Shown: one piece after another, positions 1-7,088 of the stretch
How the letters are laid out: each line of letters begins with the position of its first letter
How positions within the stretch are numbered: position 1 is the stretch's first letter
Source: Methanocaldococcus jannaschii DSM 2661
GTDB taxonomy: Archaea > AGJL01 > Methanococci > Methanococcales > Methanocaldococcaceae
Length of the DNA: 32,000 nt
Assembly (NCBI RefSeq): GCF_000091665.1
Contig: NC_000909.1
Span: 90,870-122,869, forward strand
Direction: 5' to 3'
The notes under the pieces: generated by a model
What the model was told of the DNA's origin: nothing
Database searches by the model: none
Seen by the model: only the letters and a program-made list of their open reading frames with translations
Made by a program: the position numbers and the translations under genes

Positions 1-172
1 TTAAATGAAAACTTTTTGAGTTTTTGTAGCCAGAATTGAAACTTTCTGTTTCATCAAAATTTTTATGAGCATCCCTCGTAGAAAGGGATTCCAACCTATT
101 GGACATTAATTGCCCCTGTAAGGGGCAACTTAATGGACATGTGATATCCCAATAGGAGGCATCCTCCTATGG
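1..172. repeat. GC-rich modular hairpin cassette, copy H1 (left end cut by window edge), abutting the stop codon of aIF2-beta
   Basis: Run of short stem-loops in AT-rich DNA: ATCCCT-cgtagaa-AGGGAT (71-90), GGACATTAATTG-CCCC-tgtaa-GGGG-CAACTTAATGGAC (101-138), CCCAATAGGAGG-cat-CCTCCTATGG (148-172). Bases 1-60 align with 6386-6452. Bases 101-172 share both terminal modules with 10775-10964 and 19392-19465. Confidence 0.8.
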
Positions 173-175
173 TAT

Positions 176-607
176 TTAAATCATTCTTATTGGTCTTATA
201 GCACCACAAGCCATACATTTGAGTAAATGAACTCTTCCCTCCTTAATAATCTTGGTATCTGGCTTACCGCACTCTCTACAGATAACATACTCCCTCAAGA
301 AGTCATTAATTCTTGATTTTAATAACTCTGGGCTGATTCTTCTCTGTAAGATTAATCTACCTCCCTCTAAGTTACCAGCACTACCAGTCTCTTTTAAAAG
401 ATACTTAGCAAAGAATTCCTCATCTCTATTAACTGCCTTAGCCAACTCTCTAAAGTTTCTTATTATTGTTCTATTTCCTTCTATCAAAATCTCAATTTCT
501 GGAAGTTCAAATCTATCTTTTTGGAAAACGTAATCTGGAATCTGACTTCTTGCTCTCTTTAATAATGCCTTATAATCATAATAGTCAATATTTTCAAGGT
601 CGCTCAT
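176..607 (-). CDS. eif2b: translation initiation factor aIF2 beta subunit
   Basis: 143-aa ORF with a C-terminal C4 zinc ribbon (CRECG...CMACG) and an a/eIF2-beta/eIF5-type core (FFAKYLLKETGSAGNLEGGRLILQ). Confidence 0.95.
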   Translation of the reverse strand: MSDLENIDYYDYKALLKRARSQIPDYVFQKDRFELPEIEILIEGNRTIIRNFRELAKAVNRDEEFFAKYLLKETGSAGNLEGGRLILQRRISPELLKSRINDFLREYVICRECGKPDTKIIKEGRVHLLKCMACGAIRPIRMI

Positions 608-685
608 TTTATCACCAAAATAAGATTATCAAAAAACTATAACTTTTAATTTATATAAAAAACTATCCCAATTGCCAAATGGTAA

Positions 686-759
686 TATAGTGTCTTTCAA
701 AATTTATAAAGCTTATTTATTAATAAGGAAAATTTCAAAGTGTTTTGAAAGATACTATA
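686..759. promoter_or_regulatory. class A inverted-repeat pair (17 bp, 1 mismatch) between the L37e 3' end and the aIF2-beta promoter
   Basis: TATAGTGTCTTTCAAAA (686-702) versus TTTTGAAAGATACTATA (743-759). The same motif recurs at 1253-1269, 3971-3986 and 4058-4073, always intergenic. Confidence 0.6.
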
Positions 760-802
760 AATTCAATTAAAAAAGAATAAAATTTCTAATTAATTATTTT
801 AA

Positions 803-988
803 TTATTTTATTCTCTTACCATTAACTTTCTTATTTTGCCATGAATATTTTCTCATTCTTTTATTTGGAAATCCACATGCAGCACATCTCTTTTTTCTTA
901 CGTGGTAGGCTCTTCTCCCACATCTTCTACATCTTATGTGATATGAACCTTTGTTTCTTTTACCCATTGATGGAGTTCCTTTTGACAT
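803..988 (-). CDS. rpl37e: 50S ribosomal protein L37e
   Basis: 61-aa very basic ORF with a C4 zinc ribbon (CRRCG...CAACG) and the N-terminal [13 protein letters not shown] typical of L37e. An AGGTGAT SD lies just upstream. Confidence 0.95.
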   Translation of the reverse strand: MSKGTPSMGKRNKGSYHIRCRRCGRRAYHVRKKRCAACGFPNKRMRKYSWQNKKVNGKRIK

Positions 989-1207
989 AAGTTATCACCT
1001 TAAAATCTTTAATTTGTGTTTTTATAGTTTTTGCAAATATTTAGAATACATTAAGGCATATAATGAACGCCTTCTTATAGAAGGCGGTCAATCTTCCTTC
1101 GTCAATTTAATAACTTTTGCAAAAAACCATATATCCTCTTTTTGTTGTTATAAAAACATTGATTGACTATAATAGCAGATTATGCTATTTAAACTTTACC
1201 TTCTTTG

Positions 1208-1334
1208 AATAGGACTTTAGCAGTTTATATACTATTATCTTTATATGAGAATTGTAGTATCTTTCAAAACATTATAGAATTTATATGAAGGTAGATATAA
1301 GTCAAGAAATATTTACTCCTACAAAAGTCCTATT
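1208..1334. promoter_or_regulatory. class B inverted-repeat pair (AATAGGACTTTAGCAG / CTACAAAAGTCCTATT) enclosing TATA-like sequence and one class A half-site
   Basis: The 11-bp perfect core AATAGGACTTT (1208-1218) pairs with AAAGTCCTATT (1324-1334), 14/16 when extended. Homologous arms occur at 11739-11828. Confidence 0.55.
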
Positions 1335-1385
1335 ATTGAAGTTATAAATTTATTTATAAATATTTAAAAAATAGAATTTAATTAG

Positions 1386-1662
1386 TATTTTATTCCAGAA
1401 ATCTGATTTTGCGATATTTTGTTTAAATTGTTTCCATTCCGAAACGGTCTGATTTTAATAAATTTGCAAGCAGAATTCCCATATAATAAAATTAGTTTCC
1501 ATCCTCTAAGAGGTCTTATTTTAATAAAATCATGCCAAAACAGAAGATTGATAAGGATAAAGATTTCCATCCTCCAAGAGGTCTTATTTTAATTGTTACT
1601 CTACCTGTTTTTGCCGTGATTTCTCTACCTAATTTCCATCCTCCAAGAGGTCTTATTTTAAT
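1386..1662 (-). CRISPR. CRISPR array 1: 5 repeats (1 degenerate), 4 spacers, two repeat variants, no cas genes in window
   Basis: Repeats on the + strand: 1386-1413 (degenerate), 1430-1459 GTTTCCATTCCGAAACGGTCTGATTTTAAT (30 nt), 1495-1525, 1563-1593 and 1632-1662 (A/G)TTTCCATCCTC(T/C)AAGAGGTCTTATTTTAAT (31 nt). Spacers are 16, 35, 37 and 38 nt and unrelated to each other. Orientation is inferred from the leader at the high-coordinate side and repeat decay at the far end. Confidence 0.9.
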
Positions 1663-1954
1663 AGGGTAATCATTCACAACATAATATATTTCATCACTCT
1701 TAATATTTAAGCTTTTCTATACCATATTTTTCTAAGGATAAATAACCATCTTACAATATAAACCTTTTAGTATTTAAAATTTTATCTCTTTACTAAAACA
1801 GAGTATTTTTATCTTTTTAAATCCAAAAATTTAACTTATTTGTTAGAGAAATCTTATTTACTTGCCTAATTAATCCTAATTTTCAAAAATTCAAATAATT
1901 TGATTAAGTTAAATATTCTAAACAATCAAACCAGCAAACCCTTAGAAATTAAAT
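1663..1954 (-). promoter_or_regulatory. CRISPR leader (long-repeat segment); conserved part 1762-1954, preceded by ~100 bp of extra sequence
   Basis: 1762-1954 aligns almost end to end with 17484-17674, for example TATTTAAAATTTT...AAAACAGAG...AAAAATTTAACTTATT-GTTAGAGAAATCTTATTTA...CAAACCAGCAAACCCTTAGAAATTAAAT. Confidence 0.8.
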
Positions 1955-2032
1955 AAATATTATTTAAATAAAGAAATAAAGCCTTTAAATTTATTAAACA
2001 TAAGTCTAAACTCTTTCAGCGTGATAAATATA

Positions 2033-2428
2033 TTACTCAAAAATCTCAATTGCTTTAAATGGACAGGCTTTTAAACAGTTTTTACAGCCGACACAGTCCT
2101 CTTCTTTGAATACTACATTATAATCCTCATCCATATAAATTACATTAATAGGGCATTGGGTTATGCAACAGCCACAATGCACACACTTCTCCAAATCCCT
2201 TTTTATAACTTTAGAGATTTCCTCAACTTCTCCAAATTTTGATAGATAATTTAAAGCTTTCTCTATAGTTTCTTTACTACCAAACAATTCCAATATCAAA
2301 AATGCCTCCTGTGGCTCTACCTTAGCTTTTAATATGTTTATCTTAACTCCTGTATTTAATATAGTATCGGAAATAACTGGCTTGTTTATATGCTCTGAAT
2401 CTGTCCAGTAATACACTCTCTTTCTCAT
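2033..2428 (-). CDS. NIL-domain / 2x[4Fe-4S] ferredoxin protein (homocysteine biosynthesis partner)
   Basis: 131 aa. The N-terminal region is NIL-like and the C-terminus carries [12 protein letters not shown] and [12 protein letters not shown] ferredoxin motifs. It overlaps the upstream gene by 4 nt, suggesting translational coupling. Confidence 0.8.
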
Positions 2429-3954
2429 TTTTTCCCTCCGAATAATCTTGAGATATCTTCAGATGTTACAATGCCCACAACTCTTCTGTAGTCATCAACC
2501 ACTGGAACACCAGAAATGTTATATTTACTCATTTTTATCGCTACATGGTCAACGGGTTCATCTTCATGAGCAGTTATTACATTTCTTGTCATAATCTCTT
2601 CAATTGTCTTTTTGTTTTGAGCAAGAGCTTTAGCTATATCCCACGATGTAATTATTCCCACTAACTTCCCATGTTCATCAACTATAGGAAGATGGTTTAT
2701 ATTATGCTTTATCAAAATCTTAGCAGCTTCCATAATGGATATATTGCTATGAGCAGTTATTGGTGGTTTGCTTAAAATATCCTTAACTAATGTTATTGGT
2801 GACTTCATTGGCTTGTTTTCAGCTCTTCCTAAAGTATCAACCCTCTCAGTTAGTAAAAACTTCCCATCCAAAATCCACTGTTTGAGGGTTTCAGCAACCT
2901 CTCTTGCCATCTTATAACTTGAAACAGAACCAGTTTTTACGGTTTTTTCAACATCTTTCCCATCTATATTTACATTTAATGTTATTTTTCCACTTCTTAA
3001 CACTTTATAGTTTGTTTTTGCTATTAATGGTCTATCCCTCCTTGGAAATCCATAATCATAGATTGGCACTTCAATATCTTCATCTCTAATAGCACATCTC
3101 TCAGCTATCTTTTCATTTAAAACTGGGATTGGGATGCCTATACCAACATACAACGTGCTTCCATACCTTGGCATTGTAGCAGCCCTTATAAATTTAGGAT
3201 TCATCTGTTTTAAATCTCCTTTAACCATTAATGTTCCAAATGGTGGGTTATGCTGTGTACCCTCACCAATTACATATCCAATTCCTCCTCCTAAGAAAAT
3301 CCTTGTTCCAATACCTATGGTATTAAATGATTTTGTTTCTGGGTTATAATCATTCTGTAAAGGATTTAACTGTCCAGCGCCTGAATAATGAACGTTGTTA
3401 TATTCAGGAAGTAGAATGCCCATGTAGGTGTATATTTTCTCCTCCCTACTGTTTGTTGCTGCAGCATAAGTTTGATAGCAATTTCTTGGATTAACCATAA
3501 TTGCCTGATTAACATCATCTAACGTTATTCTAACATTAACCTCCTTCCTTGGATAGCAGTCAGTTGTATATCCCTCAGCATAAAGCTCAACTTCCTTTCC
3601 TCTAACTAAATCCTCTATAACATGAGCTCCTCCGTAATCAATATCTACATCTGGGTCTTCGTTCGGTTGTGCAGCTCCTATATAAGCATCAACAGCAGCT
3701 AAACCTCCATAAGCTTCAACATTGTTTAAATAAATCCTTAACATCTTTATTGGCGGGTCTGAATGTCCAAAGTTTATAAATACTCCAGATGAGCACATAG
3801 CTCCAAATGTTCCTGTTGTAACAACATCAACATAATCAGCCGCTCTTTTAGCTCCTTCTTCCTCAACTATTTTTATCATCTCTTCCGCTGTTACAACAAC
3901 AGCCTCTCCTTTTTTAATCTTTTCATTAATCTCTTTGATTGTTTTCATAATCAT
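2425..3954 (-). CDS. COG1900 (DUF39) domain protein with C-terminal CBS pair; sulfur-incorporating homocysteine biosynthesis enzyme family
   Basis: 509 aa. A long N-terminal COG1900-type domain is followed by two CBS motifs ([20 protein letters not shown] and [20 protein letters not shown]). The start is more likely the third codon (ATG at 3948), given GAGGT spacing. Confidence 0.85.
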   Translation of the reverse strand: MIMKTIKEINEKIKKGEAVVVTAEEMIKIVEEEGAKRAADYVDVVTTGTFGAMCSSGVFINFGHSDPPIKMLRIYLNNVEAYGGLAAVDAYIGAAQPNEDPDVDIDYGGAHVIEDLVRGKEVELYAEGYTTDCYPRKEVNVRITLDDVNQAIMVNPRNCYQTYAAATNSREEKIYTYMGILLPEYNNVHYSGAGQLNPLQNDYNPETKSFNTIGIGTRIFLGGGIGYVIGEGTQHNPPFGTLMVKGDLKQMNPKFIRAATMPRYGSTLYVGIGIPIPVLNEKIAERCAIRDEDIEVPIYDYGFPRRDRPLIAKTNYKVLRSGKITLNVNIDGKDVEKTVKTGSVSSYKMAREVAETLKQWILDGKFLLTERVDTLGRAENKPMKSPITLVKDILSKPPITAHSNISIMEAAKILIKHNINHLPIVDEHGKLVGIITSWDIAKALAQNKKTIEEIMTRNVITAHEDEPVDHVAIKMSKYNISGVPVVDDYRRVVGIVTSEDISRLFGGKK

Positions 3955-3970
3955 AACCTCTACAAATTTT

Positions 3971-4073
3971 TATAGTGTTTTTCAAATGTTTTACGGTATA
4001 AGGTATTTATAAAAGCCCTATAGGCTTTTATATAAGTGCCTTAGAAATTTTATTAAGTTTGAAAAACACTATA
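3971..4073. promoter_or_regulatory. class A inverted-repeat pair (16 bp perfect) with a central 10-bp-stem palindrome, directly upstream of the COG1900-CBS operon
   Basis: TATAGTGTTTTTCAAA (3971-3986) versus TTTGAAAAACACTATA (4058-4073). The central palindrome is TATAAAAGCC-ctata-GGCTTTTATA (4008-4032), which also contains TATA-box-like sequence on both strands. Confidence 0.65.
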
Positions 4074-4180
4074 GGTAATCCCTAAAATATATAAAAAGAG
4101 ATATAAAAATTTTAAACTTCTAAAGTATTTGATTCTATTATATCTGAGATTAAAATTGCTAAATAGAAAATAAAAAAGAA

Positions 4181-5536
4181 TTATCCTTCCTTAAACATTA
4201 ATTGTCTCATTATTTGTCCTAAAGGTCCTCCAATTCTCAACATCTTACCCTTTCTCAACTTATCTATGGCATTTTTTGTTGTTTCATAATATCTTAAAAC
4301 CTCCCTAACATCATTTTCTGTAGTTCCAGAACCTCTTGCAATCCTTCTGATTCTTGAAGCTTTAATAATCTTTGGATTTTCTCTCTCTTCCTTAGTCATT
4401 GAACTTATAATTACCTTATATTTTTTTATCTTTGCCTCAGTTAAATGAGAAAGCTCTTTAGGCATAGCTCCTCCAAATCCAGGAATCATACTTAGGATTT
4501 TTTTCATTGAACCCATGTTTTCAATTGCTTCTAATTGAGTCATCAACTCATTTAAAGTAAATTTCCCTCTCATTATTGCATCTATGCTTTCTTCTGTTTT
4601 CTCATCAACCATGTCTTCAGCTTTTTCTAATAGGCTCTCTAAATCTCCCATCCCTAACAGTCGAGATATAAATTTTTTAGGGTCGAATGGTTCTAAATCA
4701 TCAATCCCCTCCCCAATTCCAATGAATTTTATAGGTGCTTTTGTCTCAGCAACCGCACTTAACGCCCCTCCTCCTTTAGCAGAACCATCTAACTTAGTTA
4801 CTATTATACTCCCAATCTCTCCAACTGCCTCTTTAAACGCTTTAGCTTGAATTCCTGCTTGTTGCCCAATAGTCCCATCTATAACCAATATGATTTCATC
4901 TGGATTTGTTATCTCTTTAATTTGCTTCATCTCTTCCAATAAACCTTTTTCCTCTTTATGTCTTCCAGCAGTATCTATAATTAAAACATCTGCCTTCTTA
5001 AATTTCTCCATCCCCTCTTTAACAATATCTACTGGTGATTTTGTTCTTGTCTCATCCCCATATATTGGCACGTGGATTTTTTCAGCTAACTGCTTTAACT
5101 GCTCATAAGCCGCTGGTCTGTAGGTATCAGCTGCGATTAAAGCAGGTTTTAACCCTCTTTTTTGGATATACCTTGCTAATTTTGCTGCAGTTGTTGTTTT
5201 TCCTGAACCTTGAATACCAACTAATAAGATAACATTTTGTTTTTTTGGATTTAACTCTAATTTTTTTGCCTCTTCTCCCAATAATTTGACTAATTCTTCA
5301 TAGACAATCTTTATGATATGCTCTTTCTTTGATAAACCCTTTGGTGTCTTTTCCTCTAAAGCTCTCCTCTCTATTTCTTTACTCATCTTTAAAACCAATT
5401 TTACATTAACATCTGCCTGTATTAAAGCCCTTTGAATATCTTTTATAACTTCTTTTATTAATTTTTTATCAACAAAGGCAGCAGCTTTTAGTTTGTTTAG
5501 GGCTTTGTTTAAATTTTCTCCTAATTTATCGAGCAT
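4181..5536 (-). CDS. srp54: signal recognition particle protein SRP54
   Basis: 451 aa with N, G and M domains: [11 protein letters not shown]-loop, DTAGR, TKLDG, and a Met-rich C-terminal M domain. Confidence 0.97.
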
Positions 5537-5629
5537 GATATCACCAAATTAAACTATACAACACTTAATAAAATATTATATTTCTTCAATTAAAAATTTT
5601 ATTGTTTTCAGAAATTTTAGAATTATACT

Positions 5630-6184
5630 TTAAACAGTTCCCCATCTTTTAAATAAGCTATTATCTATTCCCAAAATATCTAAAACTCTTCCAACAACAA
5701 AATTAATTATATCATTTACATTTTTTGGTTTATTATAGAAAGCAGGAATTGGAGGCATTACTATAGCTCCCAAATTTGAAAGTTTTAACATATTTTCTAA
5801 ATGTATGCTATTAAATGGCATCTCTCTTGGCATAATTATCAATTTCCTTCTTTCTTTTAAAGCGATATCACAAACTCTAACTATTAAATTTGCTGAGTAT
5901 CCGTTGGCTATGGCTGATAAAGTTTTCATTGAGCAAGGCACAACTACAACAGCATCAAATTTGTTTGAACCAGATGCAAGAGGTGAGAAAAAGTCATCAT
6001 TCTCATAATAGTCCGTCGCTAATTTTTTTATTTCTTTCCAGTCAATATCAAGCTCTTCTTTAATTATTTTTTTAGCTGAATTTGAGATAATTAGATTAAC
6101 TTCAGCTCTATCTTTCAATACCTCTAACAATCTTTTTGCATAAATGACTCCACTCGCCCCGGTTATACAAACAATAATTTTCAT
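5630..6184 (-). CDS. ubiX: flavin prenyltransferase UbiX/Pad1 family
   Basis: 184 aa. MKIIVCITGASG flavoprotein N-terminus, PCSMKTL motif, and family-typical length. Confidence 0.9.
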   Translation of the reverse strand: MKIIVCITGASGVIYAKRLLEVLKDRAEVNLIISNSAKKIIKEELDIDWKEIKKLATDYYENDDFFSPLASGSNKFDAVVVVPCSMKTLSAIANGYSANLIVRVCDIALKERRKLIIMPREMPFNSIHLENMLKLSNLGAIVMPPIPAFYNKPKNVNDIINFVVGRVLDILGIDNSLFKRWGTV

Positions 6185-6294
6185 AAATTCACCATTAAAA
6201 ACTGTTAAGTTAAGATTTAAAAAATAAATACTATTTAAAAATAGTTAATCCATAAATCTAAAAAAATAAATATAACAACCTAAAATAAAATAAT

Positions 6295-6556
6295 AAAATG
6301 GTGCCGAGGGAGGGATACAAACGAAACTTTTAGAAAAAGTTAAACAAAATCTTTCAGATTTTGTAGCCCGAAGCTAACGCTTCGGTTAAATGAAAACTAA
6401 AAGAGTTTTCATAGCTGGAAAGCGTAGCTTTCCATTTCATCAAAATAGGATGCATTGCCTCGCTACGCTCGGCAATGCCTCTTAAAAGAAAGTGGGGTTG
6501 CCTCTGGCAACCCTGCTCTGAGTATCCCAATAGGGCGAAGCCCTATGGAATAAAAA
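6295..6556. repeat. hairpin cassette H2 plus a duplicated tRNA-Met 3' end (att-like)
   Basis: The 22-nt direct repeat AAAATGGTGCCGAGGGAGGGAT occurs at 6295-6316 and 6553-6574. Between them are at least 8 consecutive stem-loops, e.g. ACAAAATCT-ttc-AGATTTTGT, CCGAAGC-taac-GCTTCGG, ATGAAAACT-aaaag-AGTTTTCAT, TGGAAAGC-gta-GCTTTCCA, GCATTGCC-(11)-GGCAATGC, GGGTTGCC-tct-GGCAACCC, CCCAATAGGG-cgaa-GCCCTATGG. Confidence 0.85.
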
Positions 6557-6668
6557 TGGTGCCGAGGGAGGGATTCGAACCCTCGACCTCCCGGTTTCCC
6601 AGGACCCAGGCGTAAAGCCTGGGATATCCGTATGAGCCGGGCGCTATAACCAGCTAAGCCACCTCGGC
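6557..6668 (-). tRNA. tRNA-Met (anticodon CAU) with a ~35-nt intron 3' of position 37; CCA encoded. An Ile2-type CAU tRNA cannot be excluded.
   Basis: The reverse complement reads GCCGAGGTGGCTTAGCTGGTTATAGCGCCCGGCTCATA[intron]ACCGGGAGGTCGAGGGTTCGAATCCCTCCCTCGGCACCA. Acceptor, D, anticodon and T arms all pair. Confidence 0.9.
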
Positions 6669-6694
6669 ACGCAACATCATTATAATTACAAACC

Positions 6695-6746
6695 CATATA
6701 TATACTTTTCGGCGTAAGTTTTATATAGGGAGGTTTATAAATAAAA
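6695..6746. promoter_or_regulatory. divergent tRNA promoter region with TATA-like boxes
   Basis: On the minus strand AAAGTATATATATGGG lies ~32 nt upstream of tRNA-Met. On the plus strand GTTTTATATAGG and GTTTATAAATAAA lie 20-40 nt upstream of tRNA-Leu. Confidence 0.4.
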
Positions 6747-6759
6747 TTTGCCTTTAAGG

Positions 6760-6847
6760 GCGGGGGTCGCCAAGCCAGGTCAAAGGCGCCAGATTGAGGG
6801 TCTGGTCCCGTAGGGGTTCGCGGGTTCAAATCCCGTCCCCCGCACCA
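6760..6847 (+). tRNA. tRNA-Leu (anticodon GAG), long variable arm, CCA encoded
   Basis: GCGGGGGTCGCCAAGCCAGGTCAAAGGCGCCAGATTGAGGGTCTGGTCCCGTAGGGGTTCGCGGGTTCAAATCCCGTCCCCCGCACCA folds as a class II cloverleaf. Confidence 0.93.
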
Positions 6848-6962
6848 AATATTTGATAGCGGGTTAGAAGAGGCATTGCTTCCATTAGGAAGCAATGTAT
6901 CCTGGGTATAGCAATAGGGCGAAGCCCTATGCTTTAAACCCCATCCCCCGCACCAAATATTT
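6848..6962. repeat. hairpin cassette H3 plus a duplicated tRNA-Leu 3' end (att-like)
   Basis: The 19-nt direct repeat TCCCCCGCACCAAATATTT occurs at 6837-6855 and 6944-6962. The insert contains GCATTGCTTCC-atta-GGAAGCAATG and GCAATAGGG-cgaa-GCCCTATGC stem-loops. Confidence 0.85.
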
Positions 6963-6967
6963 TGAGC

Positions 6968-6974
6968 TTTTTTT
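6968..6974 (+). terminator. oligo-T tract after the distal tRNA-Leu repeat copy
   Basis: T7 run, the typical archaeal termination signal. It lies downstream of the cassette rather than directly after the tRNA. Confidence 0.4.
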
Positions 6975-7088
6975 AATTTGGACAATATTAGTAACTGCAA
7001 AATCTTCTTTTAGAATAATAATAACCCAATATAACAAGATTGTTTAAATTGTTTTTAATTAATGTAAATATTTGAATGTTGTGGGATT

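Noticed and set aside
148-172. AGGAGG/CCTCCT in the terminal hairpin acting as an SD/anti-SD mimic or translational element
   Set aside because: The hairpin lies downstream of stop codons with no following ORF. A variant copy replaces AGGAGG by AGGGCG (6526-6548) while keeping the pairing, so structure rather than SD sequence appears to be conserved.
951-1166. 71-aa ORF on the plus strand overlapping the L37e start
   Set aside because: It is antisense to the L37e 5' end and promoter region, with no SD and an implausible composition. The GC hairpin CGCCTTC-ttata-GAAGGCG (1068-1086) inside it is more likely a regulatory or structural DNA/RNA element.
1382-1570. 62-aa ORF on the minus strand
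   Set aside because: It is made entirely of CRISPR repeats and spacers, as the repeated FIKIRP(L/F)R peptide shows, so it is an artefact of the array.
6354-6445. C/D-box sRNA within cassette H2 (minus strand TGATGA at ~6440 and CTGA at ~6355)
   Set aside because: The box spacing of ~85 nt is too long. There are no C'/D' boxes and no terminal stem or K-turn context, and the motifs fall inside unrelated hairpins.
6686-7000. 104-aa ORF on the minus strand
   Set aside because: It runs antisense through tRNA-Leu and the hairpin cassette. Its Gly/Pro/Trp-rich translation reflects GC-rich RNA-gene sequence, and no SD or promoter context supports it.
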